Of a stretch of DNA of 64,000 nucleotides, positions 60,196-64,000 are shown in pieces. Made by a program: the position numbers and the translations under genes. The DNA is from the human T2T-CHM13v2.0 reference genome, Homo sapiens, in NCBI RefSeq assembly GCF_009914755.1, contig NC_060925.1. One strand, 5' to 3'. The number at the start of each line of letters is the position of its first letter. The stretch's first letter is position 1. The notes under the pieces are model-generated. The model saw only the letters and a program-made list of their open reading frames with translations, was not told the DNA's origin and did not search any database.

Positions 60196-61219
60196 GTAAG
60201 AAAGGATGGTGAGCTTTCTCTGCAGACCATACCACAGACTTTTGTTCTTTTTCACAGTAAACGCTAGTGGGCATCTACTGTGTGCCAGCCACTGGTGATG
60301 TCACAGGGAATGGGACGCTAGAATGTCAACTCATTATGCTGTTCAGTGCTCTATATCCTGAAGTGGATATCACAAGCCCGCTCAAATAAGGGCGGAGGGA
60401 TGGCCCGGGGCAGATGCTACAGAGAGAGACATGCAGGGAGCTAGTTAGTCAGGGGTTCAGATCTAGGGAGGGTGCATTTGTGAATTCCTTTTTAGGAAGT
60501 GTGTTTGAAGTTAATATGATGAAACTTATTCTTCATATAGAGGAGAGTATGAAAGAAGGGAAAGTGCATCAAACCTGCGTGTTTCACAGCAGAAGCTCCG
60601 TCCTCACAGCTTAGTAAACACCAATGAACCTGTCTCTAATTCCCTGTCTGTAAAAGGTTCTTTTGAACCCCAGGAAAAGTAGTTGACATGAGAAAAGCAT
60701 GCTTCTTGGACAGAGGTGAGGGAGTAGGCAGGAGAGTGGTATAAAGTGATAGGTGGTTTGCAGACACGGGCATGTCAGGGAATCTTTGCAGGCAGGTGGT
60801 CCTAGCAGATGTCCCTAGACCTTGCTCAGTTGAGTTCTTTGTGCACTTCTCCCACTGGGCTCCTCTGGCCCAGAGCTGAGGTTGTCTCCTGAAAGATGAA
60901 GTAAAGAGGCTTTAAAGATTTTGTGGCCTTGAACTAATCACACAAGCAAGGCTGAAAGGACTGAGCCTAAAATGGAGCTGCCCCTGAATGATCTGGGTCT
61001 TCATCAGGCAGCACCTTGCACGCAGACCATCATCTGATGATGGGAACAAACTTGTGTTTGAGTGAAACAGGCTTCCCCATTGCAGGTTACTACAACACCT
61101 GTGTGGTAGTAAGGTGCAGAATTACTCAATGCCCACTTCAAGTTTACCATTGAGATGATTTCCCACCCCCCTCCTCCAACTGGCACCATTGCCCATAACT
61201 AATTTCTTGCTCTCCCCAG

Positions 61220-61778
61220 GTGCCTCAAGAACCCCTTGGGAACCTTTATATTCTGTCATGCTTACCTAGCTGATCAGGACATGGAGTGTCTGTCTCAGTA
61301 CCCAAGCCTCAGTCAGCTAAAGGAGCTGCATCTGATTCATATCCTAATGTGGACTACCAATCTTGAGCCCCTTGGAGCTCTGCTAGAGAAAGTTGCTGCT
61401 ACTCTCGAGATCCTCACGTTAAAGGACTGTCAGATCCAGGACTCCCAGCTCAGGGTCCTCCTGCCTGCCCTGAGCCGCTGCTCCCAGCTCACCACCTTCT
61501 ACTTTCGCGGAAATGAGACCTCCACGAATGCTCTGAAAGACCTGCTGTGTCACACAGGTGGGCTGAGCAAGTTAGGTCTGGAGTTGTATCCTGCCCCTCT
61601 GGAGTGTCTTGACAACAGGGGTCATGTCAATTGGGAGATCCTCGCCCCAATTCGGGCTGAGCTGATGTGTACACTCAGGGAAGTCAGGCAGCCCAAGAGG
61701 ATCTTTTTTGGTCCCATCCCCTGCCCTTCCTGTGGCTCATGGCCATCTGAGAAAGTGGACTTCCATCTTTGCTCTTAG
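61220..61778 (+). CDS. PRAMEF17: PRAMEF17-like, last coding exon (559 nt)
   Basis: ccccag|GTGCCTC; CLKNPLGTF...EKVDFHLCS*; total 474 aa. Confidence 0.9.
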
Positions 61779-61851
61779 TGAAGGCCTGATTAGTGGGATG
61801 GATATGCTTTCTTCAGGACCCTTAGGCACTAAAATCTAGGACACAGGTGGG

Positions 61852-62385
<534 letters not shown>

Positions 62386-62608
62386 CAGGTGCATCTTAAA
62401 GGAAGCACACGGTCATGTGTTTCAGGCACGTGCTGACTGTGAGTGGGAAAACAAAGGTGACTCAGCTGGGGGCAGGACTGGGTGAAAATGCTGACTTGGC
62501 ATCGATGAGGCCTTCAGGGACCTGTTTCCTAGACTCAGAAATGGAACCTGAAGTTCTTGAGTGATGCAGAAGTTACCCTCACAAGGATGGTTATGTAAAA
62601 ATGTCAAA

Positions 62609-62614
62609 AATAAA
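62609..62614 (+). terminator. PolyA signal AATAAA of the PRAMEF17-like gene
   Basis: Position conserved with 11258-11263. Confidence 0.65.
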
Positions 62615-63546
62615 TGGAATCTGAATGGAAACTTTCTGGTGTCTTCCATGATTGATCAACCTGTTTTAGACATTTATACATCAGAAATCTCTAGTTACTG
62701 ATGAGAGATACTACATCATCTGTGATCGAGGTTCAGCTGCAGCAAATCAAGGCATCAAAACTGAAATGTGATCATTTTGATTAATTCTCACCCATTTTTT
62801 ACTTCCCTTCAGTCATCTGTTTCTTCCTTACTTTCTCCCATGCCTGTTCACTGGGTTCATTTACAAAGGATGCACACTTGGGGCCTGGAACATTCTGTGT
62901 GGGCAGTGATGATGAGCCACTGAAATCTACCCTCTTCTCAAGGGCCCTCACTGCTCCCCAGATACTGAGACCCTGCTCACTCCTAATGGACAGATCCAGA
63001 GGAATCCATTCCTGATCTTTGGCCATGCCAGGAAATGGCTTCACTGCACCACGGGCTGCCCCCTGACCTTGAAGGGAATGGCCATAGTGTGTATTGCAGG
63101 AGCCTCATGACATCACCAACCCTTGCCTGTCCTCAAGGTGGCTGGTGGGCTTCACTGAATTAAAGTGGTTGTGTCCAATTTCCCTTTTAGAAAAATGCAT
63201 ATTACATATTCTAAATATTTCTAGTCCACATTAATAGAAAAATACATCTTTGGAAAGCTAATTCATACCAATGAGATATCTTCCTATAACATCTCCCTTC
63301 TCTCCTTATCAAGAAACACAAGAGACCAGGGCACTGACCTGTAGGCAGCATTCCTGGGCTGCCTTGAGAATCTCTTTGGAACTTGCCCCTGTGGGCCAGG
63401 AAGCTCTCTGATGGTTCACTGAGGTGAAGCTGGGCTCACTGTGTTGTCCCAGTTGATCTCAAACTCCTAGACTCAAGTATTTCTCCTATCTTGGCCTCCC
63501 AAAGTGCTGGAATTACAGGCATGAGCCACCATGCCTAGTCTTACTA

Positions 63547-64000
63547 TTTTTCTTTCTTTTTTTTTTTTTTAATTGATCATTCTTGGGTGTTTCTCGCAGA
63601 GGGGGATTTGGCAGGGTCATAGGACAATAGTGGAGGGAAGGTCAGCAGATAAACAAGTGAACAAAGGTCTCTGGTTTTCCTAGGCAGAGGACCCTGCGGC
63701 CTTCCGCAGTGTTTGTGTCCCTGGGTACTTGAGATTAGGGAGTGGTGATGACTCTTAAGGAGCATGCTGCCTTCAAGCATCTGTTTAACAAAAACATCTT
63801 GCACCGCCCTCAATCCATTCAACCCTGAGTGGATACAGCACATGTTTCAGAGAGCACAGGGTTGGGGGTAAGGTCATAGATCAACAGGATCCCAAGGCAG
63901 AAGAAGTTTTCTTAGTACAGAACAAAATGAAAAGTCTCCCATGTCTACTTCTTTCTACACAGACACAGCAACCATCCGATTTCTCAATCTTTTCCCCACC
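63547..64000 (-). mobile_element. SVA retrotransposon 3' end (polyA tail and SINE-R), continues past the window
   Basis: Poly-T then TTGATCATTCTTGGGTGTTTCTCGCAGAGGGGGATTTGGCAGGGTC, the SVA SINE-R signature. Confidence 0.95.

Overview
Human (hominoid) genomic DNA from the PRAMEF segmental-duplication cluster (1p36.21). Three intact three-coding-exon PRAME-family genes: PRAMEF14-like (-, 474 aa), PRAMEF19-like (-, 479 aa) and PRAMEF17-like (+, 474 aa). Near-identical duplicates exist, so the exact symbols are not certain. Each gene has a recognisable upstream non-coding first exon and promoter module. The rest is transposable-element dense: a long L1PA carrying a nested twin-primed L1, an older L1, MER52/MER4/LTR47-type LTRs, a full-length defective 9.5-kb HERV-K(HML-2) type-2 provirus with a 6-bp TSD, a 53-bp minisatellite, dozens of Alus and an SVA at the right edge. 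Most notable: (1) the type-2 provirus has a GT at the np9 donor position and could splice to an intact 84-aa Np9-like ORF; (2) a patchwork copy of PRAMEF17 exon sequence sits in its own intron; (3) promoter, splice-acceptor and polyA-signal turnover among the three paralogs; (4) several template-switch or inversion scars. TE subfamily names are from recall, not computed. No prokaryotic systems or CRISPR.
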